From Octopus vulgaris (lineage: Eukaryota): a DNA stretch of 64,000 nt. Shown here piece after piece: positions 1 to 11,068 of this stretch (positions within the stretch are counted from its first letter, which is position 1; each line of letters begins with the position of its first letter). The notes under the pieces were generated by a model, which made no database searches, had not been told where the DNA came from, and worked only from the letters and a program-made list of their open reading frames with translations. Position numbers and translations under genes: made by a program. The stretch is taken from contig OX597816.1 in the NCBI GenBank assembly GCA_951406725.2, forward strand, positions 4,774,001 to 4,838,000, in the 5' to 3' direction.

Positions 1-420
1 CTTCTTCTTCTTCTTCTTCTTCTTCTTCTTCTTCTTCTTCTTCTTCTTCTTCCTCTACTTCTTCTTCTTCCTTCTTCTTCTTCTTCTTCTTCTTCTTCTT
101 CTTCTTCTTCTTCTTTCTTTCTTTCTTTCTTTCTTCTTCTTTTTCTTCTTCTTCTTCTTCTTCTTCTTCTTCTCCTTCTTCTTCTCCTTCTTCTTCTCTC
201 CTCCTCCTCCTCGTTATTATTATTATTGTTATTATTTGATTGCTAATTATAACGATAATGATTTCTGATACATGCACAATGGTAGTTAACAATAATGATT
301 TCCTATATTTGCACGATACTGGTGAATAATAATACTAGTAATAATAATAATAATAATAACAATAATAATAATAATAATAATACTGATAATGATTACTTTT
401 GTTGTTGTTGTTGTTGGTTT
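1..420. repeat. Compound microsatellite (CTT)n, then (TTA)/(AAT)n and (GTT)n
   Basis: Trinucleotide runs read directly. Confidence 0.95.
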
Positions 421-662
421 TATTTGAATGCAACTTCTAAAGAAGAAGACCATTTTGATCAATAGTCATGCACTGCCGCTAACCTCTTCTGTCTTGAAAG
501 AGAAGAGCAGGTTGAAGAACTTTAGAATTGTTAAGTAGCAAAGAATCTTCTTAGTCTGAGTAAGATTCGCAACCTTAATGCTGTTGTACAACAACTGAAG
601 AATATCGGTAGGCATTGGGTGAGAGACAGCTTATAACATTGGAGTTATTTGGCTTGGATTGT

Positions 663-832
663 GTGGCAACCTGGCAGAATTCTTAGCACGCTGGGCAAAA
701 ATTCTTACCAACATTTTGTCTATTTTTACATTCTAAGATCAAATTCCCTCAAAGTTGACTTTGCTGTTCATCTTTTCAAGGTTGTAAAATAAGTACTGGC
801 GCCAATGTAATTGACTGATCCCTTCCCTCAAA
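663..832 (+). mobile_element. Degenerate tRNA-derived SINE, family A
   Basis: Diverged match to the copies at 3788, 28539 and 62471 (ctggcagaa..ttagcacgctggg..tcaaattcc..gactttgc..ttcatc). Confidence 0.7.
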
Positions 833-1129
833 ATCACTGTTCTTCAGGTTCCATGGAAAAATACAGGTTTTAGATAGAGCAGAATGAAGGCCGAGTTTCC
901 CTCTTTTAAAATTGTACTTGATCTCAAAAAATAATAAACAAGTACCAAGAGTATCTTGGGAGGAACCATATGAAAGAAAGCAAGGAAAAACACAAGAAAG
1001 GGATTTTGGTAATTCAACAGTCTGATGGAAGGTTTGGTGTAAGGTATTCATCAACCTCAGTTAAAGAAGCAATCCTTAGGGAAGACCCGCCAATTTCAGG
1101 CCCCAAAAGGTGTGTGACTCTTGTTACAA

Positions 1130-1275
1130 GCATGGCTGTGTGGTAAAGAAACTTGGTCTTGGGTTTAGTACCACAGTGTTGTACCTTAGGCAAGCGTCTT
1201 TTGCTAAAGCTCTTGGCCAAATAATCCTTCTGGGTGGATTTGGTCGATGGAAACTGAAAGAAGCTTATTGTATAT
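1130..1275 (+). mobile_element. Degenerate CORE-type SINE (family B), 5' part
   Basis: tggctgtgtggtaa...gtaccttaggcaag...tggatttggt..ggaaactgaaagaagc, as in the copy at 40804. Confidence 0.65.
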
Positions 1276-1277
1276 AC

Positions 1278-1640
1278 ATTATGGCTGCCCCCTCGTTATC
1301 GAGTATGGCCATTGCACAATGCTTAACTGTTATTGGTACTGTGATCGAATGTGACTTTTTAGCCCAGCTAAAGATCTACAATGTCTTGTACAGAATTGGC
1401 AACTAAAACCTTTACCGGTAATAGCCGGCTGTAGTTGTAACTGGGCTTCATGTACCTTTGCATGTCGTTTAAGTCCTCCTACCGAATTACACTCTCTTCC
1501 ACATGCCCGACAGATATGACTAGTATGGTGTGTTACACCACCACCAGTGGCCAGGTTGTCACTCATCTGTCTCGTTTTATGACTACGAAGATGACTCTTG
1601 AGTCCAGCTTTACTGAGGCAGGGTCTTGCACAGACATTGC
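1278..1640 (-). mobile_element. 3' end of an RTE-clade LINE with two C-terminal C2H2-like zinc fingers
   Basis: ORF 1330-1566 has CRACGRECNSVGGLKRH and CQFCTRHCRSLAGLKSHIR (RTE-type CxxCxRxxxSxxGLxSHxR), followed by a short tail gccatactcgataacgagggg. Confidence 0.65.
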
Positions 1641-1705
1641 ATGTATATACTTACATACATACATACATATATATATATATGTGTATGTGTGTGTGTGTAT
1701 ATATA

Positions 1706-1893
1706 TAAGGTGGCAATAAAGTCACTCATAGGCACAGGAGTGTCTCTGTGGTAAGTAGCTTGTTTCCCAAACACATGGTTCCGGGTTCAGTCCTACTGCA
1801 TGGCACCTTGGGCGAGTGTCTTCTACTATAGCCTAGGTCTGATCAAAGCCTTAGGAGTGGATTTGGCAGATGGAAACTGAAAGAAGCCCATAG

Positions 1894-1942
<49 letters not shown>

Positions 1943-2859
1943 CTGTTTGTGTGTCCATGTTTGTCCCTCCACCATCACTTGACAACCAATGCTGCACTGT
2001 TTACATCCCTGTAACTTCAGCAAAAGAGATTGTTAAAAAATTTACTAGGCTTACAAAAAATAAGTCCTGGGATTGATTTGTTCGAATAAAAGGTGATGCT
2101 CCAGCATGGCCACAGTCAAATGATTGAAACAAGTAAAAGAATACAGTTATTGATAATAAAAAGCAAAGCAAAATGAGAAGAGAATCAAAGCAATGGACAC
2201 GACACAGAAACAGGTTCATGACTGTAGCTTATAAATGACCAAAGTTGGTTTATAATTGCAGCTTATCGGAAGAAAATCTGGACCAATGAGAGACGTTTAC
2301 TCCTTAGAAACATCACAGCCATAGTTCCTGTTTTATGACAAAAATATGATTTCCATGAGCTTTTCTTTCAACAGGATGGAACACCTCCACATTTTGCTCT
2401 CAATGTAAGGAATTATCTTGGTACAGCATTTCCAGGAAGATGGCTAGGACAACATGTGTCAGTGTTGAGCGGTCTCCTTGCTCACCGGATTCGACCCCCG
2501 AAGGATTTTCACTTTATGGGGAATTATCAATGTTTCCGTTCTTGCAAAAGAAACCAAGAAATATCGATGACCTCAAGTAATTTATTCCAAATGCATTTGC
2601 CGACTTAAGCCGTCAGAACCATTTGTGTTGTGACTTTGGTCAAGGCGTTCTCTCACTTTGTAGGGAATGCGTTGAAGCAGATGGCTTCCAGTTCAAACTG
2701 TATCAGTAATTAATATACAATTGTTTAGCATAACATTCTTTTGTTATTAACCAGAATTAATCAGAACCATTTTAATAATTAATTCCTGGACTGTTGATTA
2801 ATTGCTTTGTCTTAATTGCTATTTTAAGTATCTCTATAAGTGACCTTATTGCCACCCAG
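1706..2859 (+). mobile_element. Degenerate Tc1/mariner-superfamily DNA transposon with both TIRs, interrupted by a SINE
   Basis: TIRs taaggtggcaataaagtcactcatag (1706) and ctataagtgaccttattgccacccag (ends 2859), TA flanks. Internal FFQQDGTPPHFALNVRNYLGTAFPGRWLG and an SPD...DF.LWG-like relic at 2360-2525. Confidence 0.8.
1731..2141 (+). mobile_element. tRNA-derived CORE-type SINE (family B) with internal (TA)n(TG)n
   Basis: A/B box-like head (ggttccgggttcagtcc), gcaccttgggc(a/g)agtgtc core, tail gaaacaagtaaaaga; multiple copies in window. Confidence 0.85.
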
Positions 2860-3000
2860 TATCTATAAATTTGTGTGTGTGTGTCAAATAAAATGAGACA
2901 ACAAAGCCATAGCTGAGTGGAATTTTCAAGACATTTATAAAGAATAGCGCTTACACAGCCTTACCTGCCACCTTGGGTCTTCTGCATACCAATACCTCTG

Positions 3001-3220
<220 letters not shown>

Positions 3221-3221
3221 T

Positions 3222-3425
3222 GCGTGTGTACCGTTGGCGATTTTTTTTCCTGTGTCTTCCCTTCTCTGGATCTTTCCTTCTCCTATGTTTCCGACGAAGA
3301 GCTCCGCTCAAAACGTTAAACCTTCCTTCTTTCCTTCTTTCCTGAGCATCCAATAATACTATATTTGTTCCATGTCCTTGCGTTGTTGTGTTTTTTTTTT
3401 GTGCTTTCTTGTTTGGATTAACTTT
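3222..3425 (+). mobile_element. Penelope-type pseudo-LTR-like fragment with degenerate minimal hammerhead (3287-3321)
   Basis: gttt-ccgacga-agagctccgctc-aaaa-cgtta-aac has type I hammerhead layout with C at position 4 and GAAA->AAAA; abuts (TA)n. Confidence 0.5.
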
Positions 3426-3444
3426 ATATAAATATATATCTGTG

Positions 3445-3785
3445 TATGTGTGCATGTTTGTGCATATCCTTGTGTTGACAGCACACAATGGCTGTAAACA
3501 AGTATTACTGTTGTATAGGCAATGTTTATATCATTTCCTGTCTTCTGTGCAAAAACATGTCTGGCAATGGGGAAATATTACCTTGCTTGGAAACAGGTGA
3601 GGGTTGGTGACAGCAAGGGCATCCTGCTGTAGGTCAATCTGCAAAACAGCAAACTGCACCTGACTTATGCATGCGTAGAAAAGTGTACATTAAAACGATG
3701 ACAATGACAACAACGATGACGATGAGGTCGATGATGATGATAATGATGGTGATGGTGGTGATGATGATGATGATGATGATGATGA
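3445..3785 (+). mobile_element. SINE/LINE 3' fragment with RTE-like tail ending in (GAT)n
   Basis: gggttggtgacagcaagggcatcc...gtacattaaaacgatga resembles the RTE tail family. Confidence 0.55.
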
Positions 3786-3787
3786 AA

Positions 3788-4017
3788 GGCGGCGAGCTGG
3801 CAGAACCGTTAGCACGCTGGGTGAAATGTGTAGCCGTATTTCATCTGCCGTTACGTTCTGAGTTCAAATTCCACCAAGGTCAACTTTGCCTTTCATCCTT
3901 TCAGGGTCGATTAAATAAATACCAGTTACGCACTGGGGTCGATGTAATTGACTTAATTCGTTTGTCTGTCCTTGTTTGTCCTCTCTATGTTTAGTCCCTT
4001 GTGGGTAATAAAGAAAT
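3788..4017 (+). mobile_element. tRNA-derived SINE, family A
   Basis: ggcggcgagctggcagaa...gagttcaaattcc (B box)...gactttgcctttcatcctttc.gggtcga...aataaagaaata. Confidence 0.9.
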
Positions 4018-4224
4018 ATATGATGATGATGATGATGATGATATTGATAGGTAAAGAAGCATTCTATGCAGGGTTTCGAAAAGAGTCAAAAGAGGGTTTC
4101 GTTTTGCTAAGGCCTAAGGCCAAGCAATGCATCTGCGATTCCAATATGCCTTCTTATTGATTTGGTGTGGAGCAAGAGGTTGTTACGACCTCCACAACCA
4201 GTGACAAGAAACTCTTTTATATTT

Positions 4225-4437
4225 TTGTTGAAACACACAGATTTTGTTTTAATTAATCTTTAAAATAATAAAGAATTGAGTAAAACCAATTTGTCTTTAT
4301 TAAGCTGGTGTCTTGAACATTAATTAACAAGAAATATTGATTGGAGGTTTTAATTCAGATCATCTGAATTTAAGACAAGATGTTTGTATCATAAAACCAC
4401 GAGGAGTGGTTCCAGGTGGGTTGGTATCAAAAAGGGT
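4225..4437 (+). mobile_element. Degenerate MITE-like repeat (related copies inverted at ~36075-36300, partial at ~40385-40475)
   Basis: Shared blocks aataaagaatt.agtaaaa, aagctggtgt.ttgaa, ggaggttttaatt; end ggtatcaaaaaggg resembles a piggyBac-type terminus. Confidence 0.45.
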
Positions 4438-4702
4438 CACATACTTAAATCAAGGGTTGCCTTGTAAACAAGAACAGATGTCCTGGGAAAAAGGATCTGG
4501 GTGTAGAGATTAGGGAGGAGAGTGGGAGGTAGGACACAAGACTGGTGACAAGAGAATAGAAGAATGAGCTGGTAGTGACTGAGTTGGTAGGGGCACGAAA
4601 CCAGCTAACTCTAAGCAGGAGACAACACTGGAGAAGGAGCTGAAAAGATGAAAGAAAGGGGACAGCTGTCTATGGGTCAAAGGTTAGGCTGAGTTTTATG
4701 TA

Positions 4703-5160
4703 CAAGGTCTGATCAAAAACTATAGGGGCTGTTGCTATGGAAACTGAGCTAAAATACACAGTGTGAAACCACTAGGTACAGAGTGATGTTGAACACATGC
4801 ACACCATTGTTTAAAGAAGCATCTGGAAGTAAAGTTTGTGGAGTGTGGTCGTCTCAAAAAGAAGGTTGGGATTCAACTGCTCCCAAACCTTTGAATGTGT
4901 TGGGGAAGGAGAAAATTCGTTTGAAAAGCATCACAACAGGTGACAAATTTTGGATCTATGGCTATGACCTCAAAAACACCAAGGCTCATTCATTGCAGGG
5001 GAAGACCTCAACAAGATTTTGAGATATCAAAGAAATCCAAGAGAATGCGATAAGGCAGTTGATTGCTATCCAAAAAGAGGAGTTCCTGAAATGCTTCCAT
5101 TAACGGAAACGATGCTGGATAAAGTGTGTGGCTTCTGAAGGGAACTATTTCGAAGGGAAT
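4703..5160 (+). mobile_element. Internally deleted mariner relic
   Basis: TA+caaggtctgatcaaaaa TIR-like start; ITTGDKFWIYGYD (first catalytic D motif) jumps to C-terminal RF.DIKEIQENA...WIKCVASEGNYFEG. Confidence 0.75.
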
Positions 5161-5835
5161 TGTTGTGGGGATAAGAGTAATAATGGTAAACCCCACCCAC
5201 GTGATGAATGGTATGTGCTAGTCGCTATAAATAAGGTGACATCAGTCAGTATAAGGGGAGAGTAGGAAGGACACAGTCATAGAGAGTCATGGTCTTTACT
5301 GGTCTAACAACTATAGAGCTATACCAGAGTAGGTGTTAAAACAATCTGGCGTTAAGGATTATAACAATGGCAACAAGGATCTAACAAACTCATAAATTTT
5401 TTTTGTGCGAATTTTCTGGCAAGGAAAATCATGAAATTATGGAAAATTTGTTGGCTGGTTTGCTCAAGTTGCAAAAACAGCTACAACAACAACTAAAAGA
5501 ACAACAACAGCGGCAACTACAACTGCAAGAACAACAGCAGAAGCAACAGCAACAACAGCAATTACTATTACAGCACCAAATGCTGCAATTAATGGATAAT
5601 AAATTGTCAGAAAATGCTGAAGAAATGTTCTCACCAGATTATGTTGCAAACTCGATAATAGAGTTTAAGTACAAACCAGATAAGATGTTACCTCCGAGGC
5701 TTCCTGTGGAAGATACGAACAAATCTTCAAAAAAGAGAGCAAAGATTGGGACGACGATATGAAAATGCATTTAATCTTAGGAAAACATGCAGAAGAAGAA
5801 CATGAGCATTACAGTAATTATATCCTCCCAAAGAA
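5161..5835 (+). mobile_element. Gypsy (Mag-like) LTR retrotransposon 5' fragment: LTR 5161-5366, PBS, frameshifted gag
   Basis: TGTT...AACA LTR ends; PBS-like TGGCAACAAGGAT at 5368; gag-like ANSIIEFKYKPD / RYEQIFKKESKDWDDDMKMHLILGK.AEEEHEHYSNYILPK with poly-Q; truncated by a SINE. Confidence 0.75.
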
Positions 5836-6068
5836 TACCTATTTCTTTACTACCCACAAGGGGCTAGACACAGAGGGCAAACAAGGACAGACAAACAGAT
5901 TAAGTCGATTATATCGACCCCAGTGTTCAACTGGTACTTAATTTATCAACCCCAAAAGGATGAAAGGCAAAGTCAACCTCGGCGGAATTTGAACCCAGAA
6001 CGTAACGGCAGATGAAATATGGCTACACATTTCGCCCGGCGTGCTAACGTTTCTGCCAGCTTGCCACC
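5836..6068 (-). mobile_element. SINE family A
   Basis: Reverse complement of the family A sequence. Confidence 0.9.
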
Positions 6069-6074
6069 TTAATT

Positions 6075-6460
6075 AATGATAATGTTGATAAATGATGGAG
6101 GAAATGAAAATCTTGGATATTACCATAAATGGGATTGTACAATTAAATGACAAAGAATTGGAAAAGGTTGAGAAGAACAAACCACTACAGGATGAAACCA
6201 CACGAATGTGGGCAATGAAGGGAGTAGTTGTAGGGGCAGAGGAAGAATTAACAACCAAGTTTGAGAAAGTTTTTGGAGAAATTGGGATTCATACGAGAGT
6301 ATAAGATGCTCAGGAAACTGCTCTGTTGGGGTTTTGAGATTGGTCCATGGGCTTTTTAGGTATTGTGGAAAGAAGAGACCTTTGGAAAGCCTTGACAGCA
6401 GGTTGCTGTCTGCTCTCGCAGAATTAGTTACAGCAAGTAAAATCAAGAAATCTGAGAAGT
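6075..6460 (+). mobile_element. Degenerate R4/Dong-like LINE 3' end (restriction-like endonuclease region)
   Basis: KILDITI...KELEKVEK.KPLQDE..RMWAM..VVVGA...QETALLG, as in other copies. Confidence 0.55.
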
Positions 6461-6688
6461 GAAATGAAAATAATGATTCTTATGAATAATGCTGGGGTTG
6501 GGGTAGGAGGAAAGAAAGGGTTGATGACAATGATAATGATGATGACGATGACGATGACGTCACTGTTGATGGCAATGGCAACGATGACAAATATGATAGC
6601 AACAATGGTTATAACAAGAATGGTAATGCCTTGTTTTATTTTCATGACAATCCTGTTTAATATGACTTTTTTCTTTTATTTTCTGCAG

Positions 6689-9600
6689 GTTAAAAATAAA
6701 TCCTACAATTCTCCAAGAAAGCAGCTGAACTATTTATCAACCCACAAACTGTCTTCTCCATCTCCAAGGAATTCTTCAGACAAAAGCATTTTCCAAAATA
6801 GGAATGCTCCAAACATTAAGAATTTCTTCTCTTCAAGTACGACACCCACTTTGTCTACGAACGCCAACGAACCGGCACAAAGAGCCATAAACGATGTTTC
6901 TTTTAGCCAGAGTTATGGAAAAAGATCAAAATACTTTGATGCTTCATCGACCACGGATGGTAAGGATGGTGAGGAGAGTCCAGTCCCGAAGGTGTCTGTC
7001 TACCCAGCTACAGCATTTAAGTCAAAACCAACAACTAACATCAACGACCCCAGTAAATCCTCCCCATCTTACGACAAGTCACCGTCAGAGAATAACAGCC
7101 AAATTCTATCAACAAATACCAGCAATGTTACATCCACCTCTCTCAATATTTCTCCTTCTAAAATGGCCAACAAGACCCAGATGACCACTGCCTATGATGC
7201 TGAGCCTGTGTTCAACAGTAGAATAACGTCTACCGCTCTCAGTGATCCTCCATCGACGGGATTGAGTAACAGAATTAACACTGCCTGCACAACTGTTAAC
7301 AGTTGTTCACCTTCAACAATGAACAGTCTTCAACCATCTTCAGGTTTAACAAAACAAACCATGGTGTCTACATTGGTTCTACCTATACTGACATCATCGT
7401 CACCATCATCATCATCATCATCAACAAGAGAGAAGCAAATGTCATCTAAATCATTATCACCACCATCTTCTTCATCACTATCATCATCATTATCGTCATC
7501 ATCATCCTTTCCACTCACAACAACAACAACAACGACAACGTCGACAACAACGTCGACAACAACGACAAAGACAGAATCTGGTCTGACACTGAGTAATTCT
7601 TCCGCTCATGAAGGAGATCTTTGGCCAGAAACACAGGCTTGCCAAAAGAAGGCCTCAAACTCACCATCAAGCCCCTATTTTTTGTCATATTCAACATTAC
7701 AACTGAGTAAAAATCCTGCAACAGACGTTGGCAGGAATCAACAAACTGAAAGATATTCTGAAAAATACCTGCTAAGTTATTCTCCAAGATCTGAAGAGAA
7801 TGGAAAGCAATCTTCCTCAGACAGACAGTTCACGGAGTTAAAGAAAACATCATCAATGAGAAATAATGATGTTAGCAGTTCTCTCATGGTGACATCTTCA
7901 GATATTGCTGCATCTTCAAAAGATAATGGAATATACACCTGTAAAAAAGTTTTCCTCCTGCAAAGCACCGAATTACCTGCTCCCGTTTCCCAGGTGGCTT
8001 CTCCTCTTTTATCATTAGAGGATCATTCTTTTAATCAAAGTTCAAATTTGCCATCATGTTCAGAAAATCAGATTCTTTTGACTAACAATGGCACAGAACA
8101 GACTGATGGGGGCACTGTCCAAGAAAGTGTAAAAGATAAACTTGCGCCACCAACTCCACCCTTATCATCTCCTCCACCCTTTCCACCCTCTCCCCAGCAA
8201 TACTTGCCTACGTTTCTACCCTTTAAGATTTCTAGCAAAACATCAACTATATCACAGTCATTTCCTCATTGCCAACATGACGGGGAAATAGTCAATGGAA
8301 TTTATTTGGCGCCTTGTATAAATGTGAATCATGGAAATTCTACTAGAGATAGAACAGGTAACGAAAATATTGGTCAGCCAATATGTCTTGATGAAGCATT
8401 AAATAATGGTAATCATGATAGATGTTCTGAAGTTCCGGAAAATCAGACTGGTAAAGTAATCACAGTCAAATTGAATTCTCAAGATGGTTTTAACAAGCAA
8501 CATCCATCGGGACTTACATCAGAGAAGATTGAATTTCTTTGTGAAGAAATTGGAAAACTTAAAGAAAAAGTGAATGCTATGGAAACTGGAAGAACATCGT
8601 TGAACAATTCTAATTCTTCATTTGAAGACACTGTACAAAGTGTGGAGATACCAGGAAATTCCCCGACTGGTGATTGTCAGCTTTCAACTACTTCCAGCAC
8701 TAATAAAACCGATTTTAATTTGAGTACAGGAAGATTACAGGAACAGAATAAAAACCAGCCTTCATTAATTAACTCTTTGGAAAATTCCAAGCACCAGCAA
8801 GTTGTTAATGATGGTAAAAAATTGACAGAACAGCAAATAAAACCGGAACATTCAACATTTCAGTCAAGTAATAACACATTACAAGAAAGCAATAAAATTC
8901 TTCGTCCAAGCGAGAGTTACTCTCCTTTTTCGTCTAATGTTTCGCCTTTAAGGAGAGGTCATCTCTGGAAACCTTGGACTAGAACAGACTATTACAAAAC
9001 TATTAAAACAGAAGAATATTCGAATTTCAAGCTGAATGGTAGTAATACCAAAGTTTCAAACTATTCTTGTGGTACGAATTCACCAAATTCTTTAATTAGT
9101 AAAATAAACCAGCAAACTAAAGCTTCTTCAGCACTGAGAGAAAACTTATCTCCTAAAAGAACTGAATCCTCGAATGGAACAATTTACCATTCTCTAACAT
9201 CTTCAAATATAAGAAGTCTTGAAGATAATTGTAAAGATTTAGTAATGAAAGGAACAAAATATGATTCTTTGAACAAGGATGGAGATAGCCTTCATCAGTG
9301 TACCCTCTGTCATATCAATTGCAAAAATCCATACAGACATTCCAGAAATGACCCAGATGCTGAGGATGACAGGAGGAATGATAATAACGAACATTTCAAA
9401 GAAACGTTTTTAAAAGTGATTTCTTCAAGCACCAACAATCAAGAATTTCAGAACTTACTAGAGAAGTATACTTGTTTTAAAGAAACCATTTCTGATAGAA
9501 TTTATTTAATACTTAAACAATTAAAACAAGAAACTGAAAATCTAAAAGGAAGTTTACAACTTGAGAAAACGGAGAGCCATAATCTGCGAATCGAATTTGA

Positions 9601-9757
9601 GAAGCTGGAGAAATTGAAGAAGTATGATGTTGAGAAAACTGCCCAAGGAAGCCAGACAAGCATAACAGGAATTGATATTGTTTATCTTCAACAGGAGAAC
9701 ATTGTATTAAAAGACGAACTGGAGATGGTTCAAGAAGAATCCTTCGAATTAAAAGAG
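6689..9757 (+). CDS. Giant internal coding exon (1023 codons) of an unidentified Ser/Thr/Asn-rich protein with a coiled-coil region at its end
   Basis: Inside the 1123-aa ORF; acceptor ttttcttttattttctgcag|GTT at 6688/6689, donor GAG|gtttgt at 9757/9758; phase 0-0; non-repetitive protein sequence. Confidence 0.85.
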
Positions 9758-9866
9758 GTTTGTATCAGGAATTATTGTTGTGTACATATGTGTGTATATA
9801 GATATATCTATGTTTGTATTTATGAATATTATTAGATATATAATATTATTAGAATATTATTAGATA

Positions 9867-10264
9867 CTAGCAGTATCGCCCGGCGTTGCTCGGGTTTGTA
9901 AGGGAAATAACTATATAAGCATTTTTAGAGAGTTATAGCCAAAAAATAGCAAAAAAATGCATTAAAAATGGAAAAAAAATGATGGTAAATTTTTTTTTAA
10001 ATCGTTGACCCATCGTAGACATTTTTAGAGAGTTACTTCCCTTATATAATAGCGAAAAAATGCATTAAAATGGAAAAAAATGATGGTAATTTTTTTTTTA
10101 AACCGTAGACTCATCGTAGACACGCGCTAATACCCAGAAGGGCTCGATATGAATCACGACTATAAGATACCCGGTTTGGGTTAAACTGCACCGCAAAATG
10201 TGGGAGTAGTTAGAAATCTAAATCGTAGGAGACAGACACACAACTTCACTTTTATATATAAAGA
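9867..10264 (-). mobile_element. Non-autonomous Helitron-like element
   Basis: Minus strand starts A|TC(tttatatataaaag) and ends with hairpin cccgagcaacgccggg then CTAG|T; ~100-bp internal tandem duplication (9920-10121). Confidence 0.75.
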
Positions 10265-10428
10265 TATAATATTATTAGAATATTATTAGATATATAGAGT
10301 ATAGATATATAAATGATTGTATTTATGTAAACAAACATCAGTTTGTTTTGTTTTGAAGCATTGAAATGTATTGTAGTTCAAGAAGAAAGATATCTCTTTC
10401 AATGCATAAGAACTGATAGAACAGCATA

Positions 10429-10500
10429 TGTAGGATAAAATCCTTCCAGAGCAGAAAAATCTGTGGCTGCTTTTCTGCTCCGGAAGGACTTTGTTCTACA
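10429..10500. other. 72-nt hairpin (30-bp arms, 12-nt loop)
   Basis: tgtaggataaaatccttccagagcagaaaa / ttttctgctccggaaggactttgttctaca; 26/30 Watson-Crick. Confidence 0.8.
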
Positions 10501-10514
10501 AGGATTTTGTTCTT

Positions 10515-10998
10515 CAAAGTTGTTGAAGATGACGATGAACAGTTGTATGGTTTGAACTAAGCTTTATTGCCAATTCTTCAACTGATAATGCAGGATTTTC
10601 TTCAATAATGCTTCAAGGAGCTTATTATCAAACCCAACTGGACATCCTGTTCGATCTTCATCTTCAAGGCTGAAATCTCCATTTCTGAATTTTGCAAGCC
10701 ATCTTCTGCAGGTTCTTTCATTCAAGCATTCTTTCCCATAAACTGAGTGTATGTTTCAAGTCATTTCAGTTGCAGTTTCCATTTTTGTACTCATAAAGCA
10801 TTATGTGCCTCAAATGCTCTTTGGATATTTCCATGTTAGAAAGGGTTTTAATCAAAGAAATTTTAATTCTATTATTCTGTAAAATAATATTTAATTAGTT
10901 TAAATAATTCTTAATTCCTTTAGACATTCTAAAATACTATTAAATTTCATTAAATTTTAGTAAAGGTAAAATCAGACAAAACTTATGGGATGACCTGA
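10515..10998 (-). mobile_element. Mariner 5' fragment (TIR + HTH region)
   Basis: TA+tcaggtcatcccataagttttgtctg TIR; ATG at 10834: MEISKEHLRHIMLYEYK...VYGKECLNERTCRRWLAKFRNGDFSLEDEDRTG, frameshifted. Confidence 0.85.
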
Positions 10999-11068
10999 TA
11001 TATGTAAATATATATATGTATTGATATATATGTCTGTATTTATATATGTGTGTGTATATATATATATA

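Noticed and set aside
421-635. Upstream exon of the host gene (KNLLSLSKIRNLNAVVQQLKNI)
   Set aside because: In-frame stops just upstream, and the candidate donor is phase 1, incompatible with the phase-0 acceptor at 6689.
1330-1566. Host C2H2 zinc-finger gene
   Set aside because: No TGEKP linkers; pattern and tail fit the C-terminus of an RTE ORF2.
6464-6688. N-terminal 75 codons of the 1123-aa ORF as a true start
   Set aside because: Derived from ATG-rich microsatellite and the polypyrimidine tract upstream of a strong acceptor; intronic.
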